From Euryarchaeota archaeon UBA171 (GTDB taxonomy: Archaea > Thermoplasmatota > Poseidoniia > Poseidoniales > Thalassarchaeaceae), in assembly GCA_002497295.1 (NCBI GenBank), contig DANO01000027.1:4438-56211 (forward strand): DNA of 51,774 bases, given 5' to 3'. The position numbers were made by a program, and so were the translations under genes. Positions 35,724 through 45,980 of the stretch are shown piece by piece (the stretch's first letter is position 1; each line of letters opens with the position of its first letter). The notes under the pieces were generated by a model, which made no database searches, was not told the DNA's origin, and was given only the letters and a program-made list of their open reading frames with translations.

Positions 35724-37118
35724 TCAACGCAACTCTCTGAGATTGATGATCCCGCCTATGCGGGTATGGACATCCGATAGGATGGACTCTAGCGCAGCTT
35801 CTGTCCGACCTTCGGCCCTCATGATCAGGATTGGCTCCGTATTCGAGGGCCTGCATAGGAACCATCCATCTGGATATGTAACCCGCACTCCGTCGACCTC
35901 TGAGAATTGCAAGTCTGAGAATGATGAGCGCACTGATTTCATTATGTCACCCCGCTCACCTTCAAAACTGATTTTCGATTCTCCCGTTGATGGATACTCT
36001 GGAATCGAAGAAAGAAGATCGGAGAATCCAATGCCACCATTATTCGGGTCAGACGACCTCGCTACGAGTTCTATGAGCCTCGCACTGTTGTAGAGCGAAC
36101 AGTCAAATCCGTTCCAGCGATCATTGAAGAAAAGATGGCCGGACATTTCCCCTGCGAATCTTATCGTAGGACAGGCGGCTAATTCCCTCTTCATGAATGA
36201 GTGACCCGTTCTTACCATGCGACCGATCCCTCCACTTGATGCTATGGCTTCATCAACGCCCATGCTACATTTCACATCATACAGGATAGTACGGCTCTCT
36301 TCTGAGCTCTTATCCGACTCTTCGTTGAGCAATATATCCCTGGCAAAAAGCCCAATCAAACGATCCGGATGAATGAATCTCCCTTTCTCATCGACTACAC
36401 CAATCCTGTCCCCGTCCCCGTCCACGCCGATTCCAAATTCGGCTTCCGAAGATGCCACTGTAGCTGACAACTCCATCATGTTGGCAAGACGAGTCGGATC
36501 AGCCGGGTGCGCAGGAAAATCAGCATCCCATTCGCAGTTAATCGCTACAGTTTCCACACCCAGCTTCTCGAATAGATCAACAATATAGGGTCCAGGAACA
36601 GCATTGGCCGCATCAACTGCAACCACTATTCTTCGACTTATTGGCGCTATATCTTTCACTATCTCCTCGATAACGGAATTAACATATCCAGCCTCGTCAA
36701 TCAAGGTGCCATCAAGACCCCCTTCCTCTTCAGGCATCGAATCGAAAACGGCTTTCAGATCTTGCAGGTCCTTCCCTGCCAAGGGCAAACCGGAATGAAC
36801 AATCTTGAATCCATTATACTCAGGGGGGTTGTGACTCGCTGTAATCACTACGGCCACGTCTATCTCCATATCCACAGTTGAGCGATAAACAACTCCTGTA
36901 GGCACCACTCCAAGATTTACAACTTCACAACCAGATGACCTTATTCCATCCATAATCGCCTGATGTAATTCCTCTCCAGATGTTCGAATATCACGTCCCA
37001 CAGATATCGATGTAGCTCCTGTAAAGTCCACGATTGACCGTCCTAGTCTTTTCGAAAAAGTGACGTCAATTTCAGACCCCGCTATACCGCGTATATCATA
37101 CGCCTTGAACACGCTCAC
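35724..37118 (-). CDS. Phosphomannomutase/phosphoglucomutase
   Basis: FKAYDIRG, ITASHNP, VDGDGDR, AGEMSGH, RPSNTEP. Confidence 0.93.
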   Translation of the reverse strand: MSVFKAYDIRGIAGSEIDVTFSKRLGRSIVDFTGATSISVGRDIRTSGEELHQAIMDGIRSSGCEVVNLGVVPTGVVYRSTVDMEIDVAVVITASHNPPEYNGFKIVHSGLPLAGKDLQDLKAVFDSMPEEEGGLDGTLIDEAGYVNSVIEEIVKDIAPISRRIVVAVDAANAVPGPYIVDLFEKLGVETVAINCEWDADFPAHPADPTRLANMMELSATVASSEAEFGIGVDGDGDRIGVVDEKGRFIHPDRLIGLFARDILLNEESDKSSEESRTILYDVKCSMGVDEAIASSGGIGRMVRTGHSFMKRELAACPTIRFAGEMSGHLFFNDRWNGFDCSLYNSARLIELVARSSDPNNGGIGFSDLLSSIPEYPSTGESKISFEGERGDIMKSVRSSFSDLQFSEVDGVRVTYPDGWFLCRPSNTEPILIMRAEGRTEAALESILSDVHTRIGGIINLRELR

Positions 37119-37157
37119 ACCCCTGACCAGATACGCCTACTCGTAAGCGTTGCCAAT

Positions 37158-38414
37158 TTAGGACACAGTCGGGACAAGTCGAGACTCTTCTCGTACGGGA
37201 ATATGAATCAATGATGAGAAAACGCCCACTGCTATACCTATCCACCAAACAATCGTATAGCTGCCATATACATCGTAAAGAACACCACCAAGGTAGACTC
37301 CGACGAAACTACCCATTTGATGTGAAAAGAATACTATCCCATACAATGTTGCCATGTATCTGAGCCCGTATATGTGTGCCACTAATCCGCTGGTTAGTGG
37401 AACTGTGGCAAGCCAGAGAAAGCCCATTGCGAATGAGAATATCAGCACGGTATTGGCGGTTATTGGAGTTAGAATAAACCAAGCCGCTGCTATCGATCGT
37501 CCAGCGTATATCCCTGATAAAAGCCATTTCTTACCGAACCTCTTGCCAGCCCATCCTGCCATCAGGGTACCAATTATGTTGGCCGCCCCGATCACCGAAA
37601 TTGCGAACCCGCCCAATGCAGCGGTTGTTTCTATGCCTAAATCGCCGCACCAGCCAATCGGCTCCACAGGCGCACTCATCTCTGTGACAAGTGCTGGAAA
37701 ATGTGCAGTGATAAAGGCAAGTTGGTATCCGCAAGAAAAGAAGCCAACGAAGATCATCATGTACGATGGATCTTTCATGGCTATGCGAAGTATTTCTCCA
37801 AGACTTTCCTCGATATCTTCCTTTGCCGCCTGATCTGGAGATTTCATGAACGGCAGGAGCAAGAGTACAGCAAGAATCGAAGCAGCGAATATGATGAATA
37901 TCGACTGCCATGGCATGCTTTCCAGAAGCAAGACTGCTATCATGGGGCCTACTATCTGTCCAGCAGACCCCGCAGCCGTTGCGATTGCAAGACTCATTGC
38001 CCGATGCTCCGAGGCGCTTGCCCGCCCCACTACTGCTAGAATGACTCCAAAACCGGTGCCTGCAATCCCGAACCCGACGAGAATCTCATACAATTGAATT
38101 GAAAGGGCAGTGTTTGCCCCTGCGGTGAGGACAAGGCCAAGGGCATACAAGATTGACCCTAATACAATCGCCCGCCTATCTCCCATTTTTTCAGCAAGGG
38201 CTCCGAAAAATGGTGCACCAAAGCCCCATGCCAGATTTTGAATCGCTATCGCCAGGCTAAACTCTGCTCTTGCCCATCCATATTCTTCTTGAATTGGAAT
38301 CTGAAAAACACCGAACGATGCACGTATCGCAAAACCGACGAGTACTATGATGCACCCAACTGCCAAGACAGGCGTTAACAGACGAACCTTGCCCTGATCA
38401 GCATTCACGATCAT
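37158..38414 (-). CDS. MFS transporter
   Basis: About 12 TM; SLAIAIQNLAWG, GFFSCGYQLAFI, LWLATVPLTSGLV, FFSHQMGSF. Confidence 0.9.
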   Translation of the reverse strand: MIVNADQGKVRLLTPVLAVGCIIVLVGFAIRASFGVFQIPIQEEYGWARAEFSLAIAIQNLAWGFGAPFFGALAEKMGDRRAIVLGSILYALGLVLTAGANTALSIQLYEILVGFGIAGTGFGVILAVVGRASASEHRAMSLAIATAAGSAGQIVGPMIAVLLLESMPWQSIFIIFAASILAVLLLLPFMKSPDQAAKEDIEESLGEILRIAMKDPSYMMIFVGFFSCGYQLAFITAHFPALVTEMSAPVEPIGWCGDLGIETTAALGGFAISVIGAANIIGTLMAGWAGKRFGKKWLLSGIYAGRSIAAAWFILTPITANTVLIFSFAMGFLWLATVPLTSGLVAHIYGLRYMATLYGIVFFSHQMGSFVGVYLGGVLYDVYGSYTIVWWIGIAVGVFSSLIHIPVREESRLVPTVS

Positions 38415-38788
38415 ATCTTTCCACTTCCAAGAAAGGCCTCAGCGACGATTTCCACTTTGGCCCCTCCTGGCAATTCCTTCACAGCGTATGCCGCTCTTGC
38501 TGGAAGCACGGTTCCCGCTAGCCACGAACCATAGATATCATTGAATTCGGAAAAGTCAGACATATCAAGAAGCAGGACGGTTACTCTTACCAAATCTGAT
38601 TTCGAAGACCCTGCTTCGGATAGCAGATTGTCTATCTTCTGAAGCGCTGTGGCTGTTTGCTCCTTGAGGGAATCCCCTCCGTCAGTTCCTATCTGGCCCG
38701 CTACCCAAATGTGATTTCCAACAGTTATGCATGGGCTGTAGGGGGCCAATCGGAGCCCTCCGAGGTCGACCGCGCGTTTCTCGTACAT
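38411..38788 (-). CDS. RidA/YjgF family enamine/imine deaminase
   Basis: APYSP, VAGQIG, FNDIY, PARAAYAVKELP, VEI. Confidence 0.9.
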   Translation of the reverse strand: MYEKRAVDLGGLRLAPYSPCITVGNHIWVAGQIGTDGGDSLKEQTATALQKIDNLLSEAGSSKSDLVRVTVLLLDMSDFSEFNDIYGSWLAGTVLPARAAYAVKELPGGAKVEIVAEAFLGSGKI

Positions 38789-38809
38789 GCCCTCGCCTGT
38801 CGCATTCAG

Positions 38810-39268
38810 TCATTCAGTATTACTAATCATGCCAATCACATGTATGTGGTCTCCAGCGACATTTTCGGCATTCATCATTCTAAGAGGTACCCAGTCTGCA
38901 TTAACCGCATCATCGCCTGCTAAAGGCTTGGAGTCACCGTCCACATCAACCCTGTAGAATAGGCCCACACAATGCTTCCTTGGATCCCTTCCGGGCGAAC
39001 CCAGCACAGTTAGAAGGATCGGATTTTGACCATATGCCCCCGTCTCTTCTCTCAATTCTCGTAGAACAGCGTCAAGTGGGTCCTCGCCCATATCAACGAA
39101 GCCCCCTGGGAAGGCCCACTTGCCCTGCCATTCTGGCGGATTCGGCCCTCTCTGTATCATGAGGGCCTCAATCGTCCCATTACGCACCCTAGTCGCGACT
39201 GCATCAACCGTCACCGACGGTGAGCTGTAGCCATCAGCACCACAGACATCACATCTCTTACGAGCCAT
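38810..39268 (-). CDS. NUDIX hydrolase with N-terminal CxxC
   Basis: Nudix box [23 protein letters not shown]; PGRDPR; start [10 protein letters not shown] overlaps the uppS stop. Confidence 0.88.
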   Translation of the reverse strand: MARKRCDVCGADGYSSPSVTVDAVATRVRNGTIEALMIQRGPNPPEWQGKWAFPGGFVDMGEDPLDAVLRELREETGAYGQNPILLTVLGSPGRDPRKHCVGLFYRVDVDGDSKPLAGDDAVNADWVPLRMMNAENVAGDHIHVIGMISNTE

Positions 39269-40148
39269 ATCTTCGCCCTCTAGAAACATAATCTTCGATT
39301 GCCCTGTACAGGTCCTGCCTCGAGAAAGAGGGCCAATGAATATCTGTGAAATACAATTCTGAATATGCAATCTGCCAGAGAAGGAAATTCGATATCCGCT
39401 CTTCTCCACTAGTCCTGATTACAAGGTCTGGGTCTGGCAACCCAGAAGTATACAGCCTGGAGGATATAGCATTCGCATCTATCGAATCAATCTCAAGATT
39501 TCCCTTGGCATGGTCCCTCGCTAATGATTTGACAGCATCAATTATCTCTTCCCTTCCACCATATGCTAGACATACTGTGAATGTGAAATTCTTGTACTCA
39601 CGAGTAACCTCCTCAGCTCTGGATATTGCATCTCTAACTCGTTCTGGAAGCATATCGAGACGTCCCACGGCATTGACGCGAACACCATTCTCATGGATAA
39701 GCGGATCAACTGAAATCTCATTCAGGCCTTGGACGTATAGATCGAATAAGATTTCAATTTCTTCTTGAGTCCTGTTGGTGAGATTTTCACTGGACAAGGC
39801 ATAGACTGTAAGATAGGGTATATCAAGATCTAGGACCCACTTCATCACCTCTTTCAGCCGTTCTTTTCCAGCCGAGTGCCCTTGTCCAGATTCCATAGAA
39901 CGAGTCCATGCAAACCTTCTATTTCCATCCATTATGATTGAGATATGCTGGGGGAGCTCAGAAGAATCAAGACTATTGAGCCTAGAACGCGCCCTCACGC
40001 CCCTCACACGCTCAATTCTGCTGACAAGACTCCATGCCAGACGAGAATTGACAACCCATTTCCCCAGGGCTCTGAAAATTCTGAATTTGAGTAGCCACTT
40101 TGCAGATCTGTCTATTGATCGACCGAGCCACCCTCTACGATTTGCCAT
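39258..40148 (-). CDS. uppS: cis-polyprenyl diphosphate synthase
   Basis: [45 protein letters not shown]. Confidence 0.93.
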   Translation of the reverse strand: MANRRGWLGRSIDRSAKWLLKFRIFRALGKWVVNSRLAWSLVSRIERVRGVRARSRLNSLDSSELPQHISIIMDGNRRFAWTRSMESGQGHSAGKERLKEVMKWVLDLDIPYLTVYALSSENLTNRTQEEIEILFDLYVQGLNEISVDPLIHENGVRVNAVGRLDMLPERVRDAISRAEEVTREYKNFTFTVCLAYGGREEIIDAVKSLARDHAKGNLEIDSIDANAISSRLYTSGLPDPDLVIRTSGEERISNFLLWQIAYSELYFTDIHWPSFSRQDLYRAIEDYVSRGRRYGS

Positions 40149-40157
40149 GAATGTCCC

Positions 40158-40733
40158 TCACGTGAAGATGATGTCTGCAGAATCGCCAACCAAGTCTATC
40201 AGACCCTTCTCTGGATTAACGACTATCACTTCTCCAGCGGCTTCCCAAACTGGGATATCGATGTGACTGTTCCCAGCATACCCGAACTGACCCTTTCCGA
40301 ATCTCGCTGTAAGGGCCTCGGCTTTATTGGCCCCTCTGAGATTTATATCGCCGTCCGAGGCCATGACGTCATTGAATATTCCAAGATGCGCAGCAATGGA
40401 CTCTGCAATCAGTCGATCAGACGCCGTCACTAGATACAGCTCTCTACCACGTGCGTATTCGCCCGTTACCCATTCCATGAATGAAGGATGAAATTCCAAC
40501 TCTGCAGGATCAAACTTCAGCAATCTGCCCAGACGCTGTTTCCAAACCGCTCTTTGGCCTGTTATCTCAAGCCAAAAAAACCTGAAAATCCTCCATGGTC
40601 TCGGCAGCAAAACCCTGCGAATAGACACCCAACTCATATCCGTGAGAATGAGGGTTCCATCCAAGTCGACGGCTAAGGGAATTTCCGAATGTTGGCCGGT
40701 CACAATATCATCTGGCCGAGCCTCTGGGTTCAA
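40158..40733 (-). CDS. HAD-like hydrolase resembling the N-terminal domain of HAD-UbiA fusion prenyltransferases
   Basis: PLAVDLDGTLILTD, LVTAS, NLRGANKA, YAGNSHIDIPVW. Confidence 0.78.
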   Translation of the reverse strand: MNPEARPDDIVTGQHSEIPLAVDLDGTLILTDMSWVSIRRVLLPRPWRIFRFFWLEITGQRAVWKQRLGRLLKFDPAELEFHPSFMEWVTGEYARGRELYLVTASDRLIAESIAAHLGIFNDVMASDGDINLRGANKAEALTARFGKGQFGYAGNSHIDIPVWEAAGEVIVVNPEKGLIDLVGDSADIIFT

Positions 40734-40778
40734 TGTTCTGACCGTTCGTCTGATACGCGAATACCCAATCCTACTGTC

Positions 40779-41999
40779 ATGGAGTCCGGTGATGCCCTCT
40801 CAGATCCCGATTCCAAGACGCCCATTACAATGGTAGAAGTACTGGGCACAAGAATACACAAGACACTCTTCGAAAATACTCCTTCGTCCATCGAAGAGTG
40901 GGTTGAACACACTCAATTTTTTGAGGCTTGGGGAGACGTTCCGGTGGAACTGATTTCACTGGATAGCAGCAGAAAGAAGATCGTGATTGAAAGCAGAAGC
41001 GGATCGTATCGGGCCGAGATGTCTCGGTGGCCAGTTTCCGGTATGCGGGCTAGGATGAGATCGGAAAATAATCGCGTTGACTGGCCAGTGGGGGGACTAT
41101 CTATGGAGGGACTGGACATAATCCTCTTTTGGAAGCATGAACCCAATTCAGCTGATGCAGAGGAGGTTATGTTACAGCATATCGCGTCTCGAGACATGGA
41201 TTCAGCAACCCAACTCTTGGAAAGGTGCGGCAGAGCGCTGGCTTCTGCCCAAGAGGGCCTATCAGCCCAATGGACAGGCCCTTCTAATTCTCGTGCTTGG
41301 AATTCATCAATTACGAAGCTGGAAGAGGCTACTAAGAGTAGAACATTGTGGAGAGCCCCATTCAAACCGGGAATGCCTGCTATGCTTTCTCTAGGTAAGA
41401 TGTCTCTAGATCGCTTTTCGGAGTCACATGAAGGGGCCATGCGACTGCGCCCACCCATGTGTGGCCCATCAGATGCCGCATCAAAATCAAGGGGCATCGA
41501 ATGGCCAGCCTTGAGAGATTTAGCAGCTTTATTGTACAATATCGGCGAAATAACACATGGAAATATTGAGACTGAAGACTTCGCAAATCTCAGACTTGCT
41601 GCGATAAGGGGGTGGTCTGACCACCCAGGTCGCCGAAGAACTGGGGGTGTGGAGCCTCAAAGGGCCCTACAGATCATTGGAGGGGGTTTGTCGATATGGG
41701 AATATGAACAGGCCCTCACTTCAAAATTCGATACTTCCGAGAAATCATCCTCAGCATCACCAAGAACGGATTACATTTTGAGAAACGTCGCCTCTATCCA
41801 GAGAAAATTATTCACCATACGAATATTCTCTGCCGCTTCCCTCGTAGGGGCTTCATCTGCATTTTTGGGCATCATAGCATCTATTTTGGAGCCGACTCAG
41901 ATGTCTTTTACAGCAGCTACAGCAGGAGTCTCTGTTTACATCTTGATGAATGGGCTATACCGATATATGGCTCCCAATCCAGAGTCGATATTTACCTAA
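40779..41999 (+). CDS. Hypothetical protein, possible degenerate APH/maltokinase-like fold with two C-terminal TM helices
   Basis: GRALASAQEGL, WPALRDLAALL and IWEYEQAL resemble maltokinase-family segments; no HGD or DFE motif. Confidence 0.6.
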   Translation: MESGDALSDPDSKTPITMVEVLGTRIHKTLFENTPSSIEEWVEHTQFFEAWGDVPVELISLDSSRKKIVIESRSGSYRAEMSRWPVSGMRARMRSENNRVDWPVGGLSMEGLDIILFWKHEPNSADAEEVMLQHIASRDMDSATQLLERCGRALASAQEGLSAQWTGPSNSRAWNSSITKLEEATKSRTLWRAPFKPGMPAMLSLGKMSLDRFSESHEGAMRLRPPMCGPSDAASKSRGIEWPALRDLAALLYNIGEITHGNIETEDFANLRLAAIRGWSDHPGRRRTGGVEPQRALQIIGGGLSIWEYEQALTSKFDTSEKSSSASPRTDYILRNVASIQRKLFTIRIFSAASLVGASSAFLGIIASILEPTQMSFTAATAGVSVYILMNGLYRYMAPNPESIFT

Positions 42000-42594
42000 T
42001 CTGTATCGCTTCCCATGCGCCTGATTCGTATCTGTAGGCCATGGGCACACCAGTTGGAATCTCTCTCTTCACTATCTCGTCAGGCCCAAGGCCTTCTATC
42101 TCCATCACAATAGAACGAAGTGAGTTTCCATGTGCAGCGACGAGAACAGTCTTGCCGGATTCAAGATTTGGAACAATCTGTTCGAACAGACAGGGCAATG
42201 TCCGCTCTGATGTCATTCGAAGGCTCTCACCACCTGGGGGTACACCTTCGAAACTCCTCCTCCACTTCTTGACCTGCTCCTCTCCAAACTCTTCCCGGCA
42301 TTCTTGCTTGTTTCTGCCTTGGAGATCGCCATAATTACGTTCGTTTAGTCGCGAGTCATGTATTACTTCCCCGCTCCATGAATGATTGATGTCCAGTATT
42401 ATCTCAGCCGTGCGTTGAGCCCTAACAAGTCCACTGGCATAAACAGCATCGAATTCGATCTCACTGAGTTTCTCTCCAGCACTATTCGCCTCACTCATCC
42501 CTTTCTCTGAAAGTTCGATATCCACCCACCCTGTGAATCTGTTCTGAGCATTCCAGAGGGATTGACCATGACGAATAAGGATCAACAATCCCAT
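41992..42594 (-). CDS. gpmA: 2,3-bisphosphoglycerate-dependent phosphoglycerate mutase
   Basis: LIRHGQSLWNAQNRFTGW, LNERNYGDLQG, WRRS, AAHGNSLR. Confidence 0.92.
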   Translation of the reverse strand: MGLLILIRHGQSLWNAQNRFTGWVDIELSEKGMSEANSAGEKLSEIEFDAVYASGLVRAQRTAEIILDINHSWSGEVIHDSRLNERNYGDLQGRNKQECREEFGEEQVKKWRRSFEGVPPGGESLRMTSERTLPCLFEQIVPNLESGKTVLVAAHGNSLRSIVMEIEGLGPDEIVKREIPTGVPMAYRYESGAWEAIQIR

Positions 42595-42603
42595 TTTAAC
42601 ACC

Positions 42604-43698
42604 TCAAGAACGTCTTAGTCGTGGCTCGTGGAACTCAAGACCAAGAGCGGTTGAGAGCTTCTTAGCCTCTACAAGAGCATCCTCACTCATTGCTCTCTGC
42701 ACGTCAGAAGACTGCTGGGTGTAGAAATTCGCCTGAACCACGATACTCGACGATCCCATAGAGAGTATCTTCACCCATGATGACTGTTCGTTGACCGTCC
42801 GCTCATCGGCATTCAGCATCTCTGACATTCTCTCGCAGAAACTCTGCAAGGCCCCTGACTCACTAGACACCTCGAATTCAAACGGCATTACCACTCTCCT
42901 GAAACGACGTTGTGAGAAATTCTCTATCGGTGAATTCACAAGATTGGCATTCGGAACGGTGATGATCGTATCCAGGCCGGTCCTCAGTACTGTCATGCGC
43001 ATCCCTATGTCAACGACCTCGCCTTCTATTCCCCCCACTTTTACCCAATCTCCGAGATTGAAGGGCCTGTCTATTATGATCGATAGAGCACCGAACATGT
43101 TGGACACTGAGTCCTTAGCCGCTAGAGCCAGTGCCAGACCCGTGATTCCAAGACCTGCAATAATTCCATTCAGATCAAAACCAGCGACACCAGCCACGAC
43201 GAAGGCACTCAGGACAAATACGCCCATCCTGCCTAATGACTCGCCTATGCTCACCAGAGATTTCTGCGATGCAGTGCTGTCCTCGTCATCCGACAGTATT
43301 GCCCCGACGGAACCAACCAGCCCGTATGCGGCGAATAGGAACACGAGTATGTAGAGAGAAACAGTTGATGAGAGTGCCTTATTCACGATATCCTCGTCCC
43401 ATACGGGTGTAACTGTGCCATCCAGAATCTCAACAAACTCCACGAAGAAAACCAATGTCACAGCCAATCCAACCGCTCGAGACCCCCTAGTCCCCAGCAT
43501 ATCCCCTGATTTCATTTCCCGACCAAACATTCTCCCTAAGATTCTAGGAAGCACTGACTTTCTGAAAAAATGTCCGATCAAAAGTGACATAATTCCAATG
43601 ATTACTAAGCATGTCAGAGTCCCCGCTGAGAACCCCATGATGTCCGCCTCTAAGTTAAAGTCGGAGAATGGACCGTCGCCCGGAACTGCTTCACTCAT
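42604..43698 (-). CDS. mscS: Small-conductance mechanosensitive channel (MscS family)
   Basis: AGLGITGLALALAAKDSVSN, RPFNLGDWV, GEVVDIGMRMT, VPNANL. Start uncertain. Confidence 0.88.
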   Translation of the reverse strand: MSEAVPGDGPFSDFNLEADIMGFSAGTLTCLVIIGIMSLLIGHFFRKSVLPRILGRMFGREMKSGDMLGTRGSRAVGLAVTLVFFVEFVEILDGTVTPVWDEDIVNKALSSTVSLYILVFLFAAYGLVGSVGAILSDDEDSTASQKSLVSIGESLGRMGVFVLSAFVVAGVAGFDLNGIIAGLGITGLALALAAKDSVSNMFGALSIIIDRPFNLGDWVKVGGIEGEVVDIGMRMTVLRTGLDTIITVPNANLVNSPIENFSQRRFRRVVMPFEFEVSSESGALQSFCERMSEMLNADERTVNEQSSWVKILSMGSSSIVVQANFYTQQSSDVQRAMSEDALVEAKKLSTALGLEFHEPRLRRS

Positions 43699-43799
43699 GG
43701 AGGGTCCCCTAATGGGATCCCTGATAAACGCCCCCCAGTACTCCGAGAGGAACCACACTTCTCCGAGGGATTGAAGCATATGTCCCTGCACGTACACCT

Positions 43800-45980
43800 A
43801 TGGAGGCGGTGAATGGGGGGGGCCGCACAAAGGTTGCAAGGGGTCTCAGAACTCGTGTAACCTGCTTGTTGCTGCCATTCATGCTTTCAGTTGTAGCGCC
43901 TGCAGCCATCGCTCCTGCAGCCATCGCACAGGAGACGCCCTCAGGAATCGAACCAACTGACATTTGGTCTGAGGAATACGCCAGTGGAATGTTTCCCTGG
44001 GGCGGTAACGCTCAAATTCAATTCCAAGAGTATCACGATTATGAGTCTACAAAGGCCAGAATGCAGTATCTAGCTGATACTAACCCTGACATCATATCAT
44101 TTCACGAGGGATTATTCGGAGGGTTGAACGATCGAGGCCAAGAAACCTCACTCGACGACTACAAGGGGTGGTTCTACAATAACCCAAGCCCATGGGTAAA
44201 AATCACAGCGGGAGTGGAAAACGGGGATTATAATCCATTCAACGGGGATGCTGGAAACTACCCCGATCGCCCGGATGTAATGCTGGTCGGCAACCACCAT
44301 GCAAGAGAGTGGATGTCTTACGAGGTCCCAATGCTGTTCTTGGAAACCGTTGCATACTACTACGGCCAAGCGGGATTAGATAATGACGGGGACGGGCTGA
44401 TCGATGAAGATTCGTGGAATGGGATTGATGACGATGGGGACTGTCTGAGCCTCAACGCCTCGTTTCAGGATTCGAACGGGGACGGCGTGTCATGCGGACC
44501 CGGCGACTTGGGCGTGGATGAAGACTTCTCCGAGCAATACATCACCGACCTCGTCGATACAAGAGAGATCTACCTCATACCAATATTGAACACTGACGGG
44601 CTAATCTACGACCAAACGGAGTGGCTCGCGAATAACTGCAACGGGGCGACAACCGCGAATGCTTACGAGGAATGCCCGAGGAGCGGTTGGAGGAAGAACC
44701 TCCGGGATAACACGGTGACTGGAGTCACGCCGATCCCGGATCTCGACGAAGCCGTTGACGAGGGCTGTGACGGGGTAGATCTGAATAGGAATTATCAGTT
44801 TGAATGGGGAGCGCCTTTAGGAGCCACAGGACCACTGATTCCAGGGGCCTGCTACGCGGGTGTGAATAATGACGTCTACAATGGCCCCGTCGATACCGTA
44901 GATCAAGATGGAGACTTGCGTCTAAATGAAGATCACGTCGATGGCAAGGATGATGATGCCGACGGACTGGTCGACGAGGACTGGCTCGGAGGTAACAGCG
45001 AACCAGAGACTAAATTCATCCAAGATATGACTGAGATGAACGACGATAATAATGATGGAGCATCCGATTTCAAGGCCACACTGACATGGCACTCATTCTC
45101 GGAACTCGTCCTGTATCCATGGGGGCACTGCACAGATTGCGAGTCCCCCGACCATGAATTTCTGGTATATCACGGGGATCAGATGGCTCAAATGACACTG
45201 TATGAAAATCTGCAATCCTCGGATCTCTATCCGACATCTGGAGACTTCTGCGATTGGCACTACGGCGTTCACAACTCATACTGCTACACGATGGAGATCG
45301 GAAACAACTTCCATGAAAATCCGGACGACATAAGCCAAATTGCAGTCCGTAACCTAGGCGTTCCATTCTACATGGTCGAAATCGCTGACGACCCACGTTT
45401 CAGGGCAGTTCATGGGCTAGAGAACATGAGTGCAAGACATTGGATACAAACTCCTTCCGAGGTGAGCATTCCTGAAAAGGGAGATATACAAATCGACCTT
45501 TGTCTTGATCCTTATTTCCCATTCTCCACTCAAGAAGATAGATCGTATCTCTCATGGCGATTTGTTGAGCCAAACCGTCTGCAGAATGATTACGGTCCAA
45601 CGGAATGGAGAGAGGTGCCCTGGGAGAAAGCACCCTTCGCAGCCTCAGGGGATGACTGCGAGTTGAAGGATGGCACAAATGGTACAGTCTTGACCAGTGC
45701 CGTTCCGATACCAGATACATCAGTGGGGAAACTACAGTATCGCGCACAACTTGGAACCACTAATGGCGCATTCCCATTCACATATCCAACTATCGAGGAC
45801 GGGGGGAACTACTACGAACTCACAATGCCCTATCGAGCTGGGTTTGGTTCAGCAGTTCTGGCTGTCCTCATGTTCATATTCATCGCTGGCGTCGTGTGGG
45901 GCGGCTTGGCATTTCTTCTGAGAACCATGTTCGATGATGATGCACCGGTTCTGTCCCTCCCTCCGGGGGGCCATGAATGA
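43800..45980 (+). CDS. Secreted, membrane-anchored M14 zinc carboxypeptidase with Ca-binding-like inserts
   Basis: NHHAREW, WRKN, GVDLNRNY, WHSF, YTMEIG; signal peptide; C-terminal TM; DxDGDG..DED repeats. Confidence 0.88.
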   Translation: MEAVNGGGRTKVARGLRTRVTCLLLPFMLSVVAPAAIAPAAIAQETPSGIEPTDIWSEEYASGMFPWGGNAQIQFQEYHDYESTKARMQYLADTNPDIISFHEGLFGGLNDRGQETSLDDYKGWFYNNPSPWVKITAGVENGDYNPFNGDAGNYPDRPDVMLVGNHHAREWMSYEVPMLFLETVAYYYGQAGLDNDGDGLIDEDSWNGIDDDGDCLSLNASFQDSNGDGVSCGPGDLGVDEDFSEQYITDLVDTREIYLIPILNTDGLIYDQTEWLANNCNGATTANAYEECPRSGWRKNLRDNTVTGVTPIPDLDEAVDEGCDGVDLNRNYQFEWGAPLGATGPLIPGACYAGVNNDVYNGPVDTVDQDGDLRLNEDHVDGKDDDADGLVDEDWLGGNSEPETKFIQDMTEMNDDNNDGASDFKATLTWHSFSELVLYPWGHCTDCESPDHEFLVYHGDQMAQMTLYENLQSSDLYPTSGDFCDWHYGVHNSYCYTMEIGNNFHENPDDISQIAVRNLGVPFYMVEIADDPRFRAVHGLENMSARHWIQTPSEVSIPEKGDIQIDLCLDPYFPFSTQEDRSYLSWRFVEPNRLQNDYGPTEWREVPWEKAPFAASGDDCELKDGTNGTVLTSAVPIPDTSVGKLQYRAQLGTTNGAFPFTYPTIEDGGNYYELTMPYRAGFGSAVLAVLMFIFIAGVVWGGLAFLLRTMFDDDAPVLSLPPGGHE

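Noticed and set aside
41992-42594. Bacterial-type gpmA as a recent transfer
   Set aside because: Cofactor-dependent PGM is already known in Thermoplasma-related archaea, and nothing local suggests recent acquisition.
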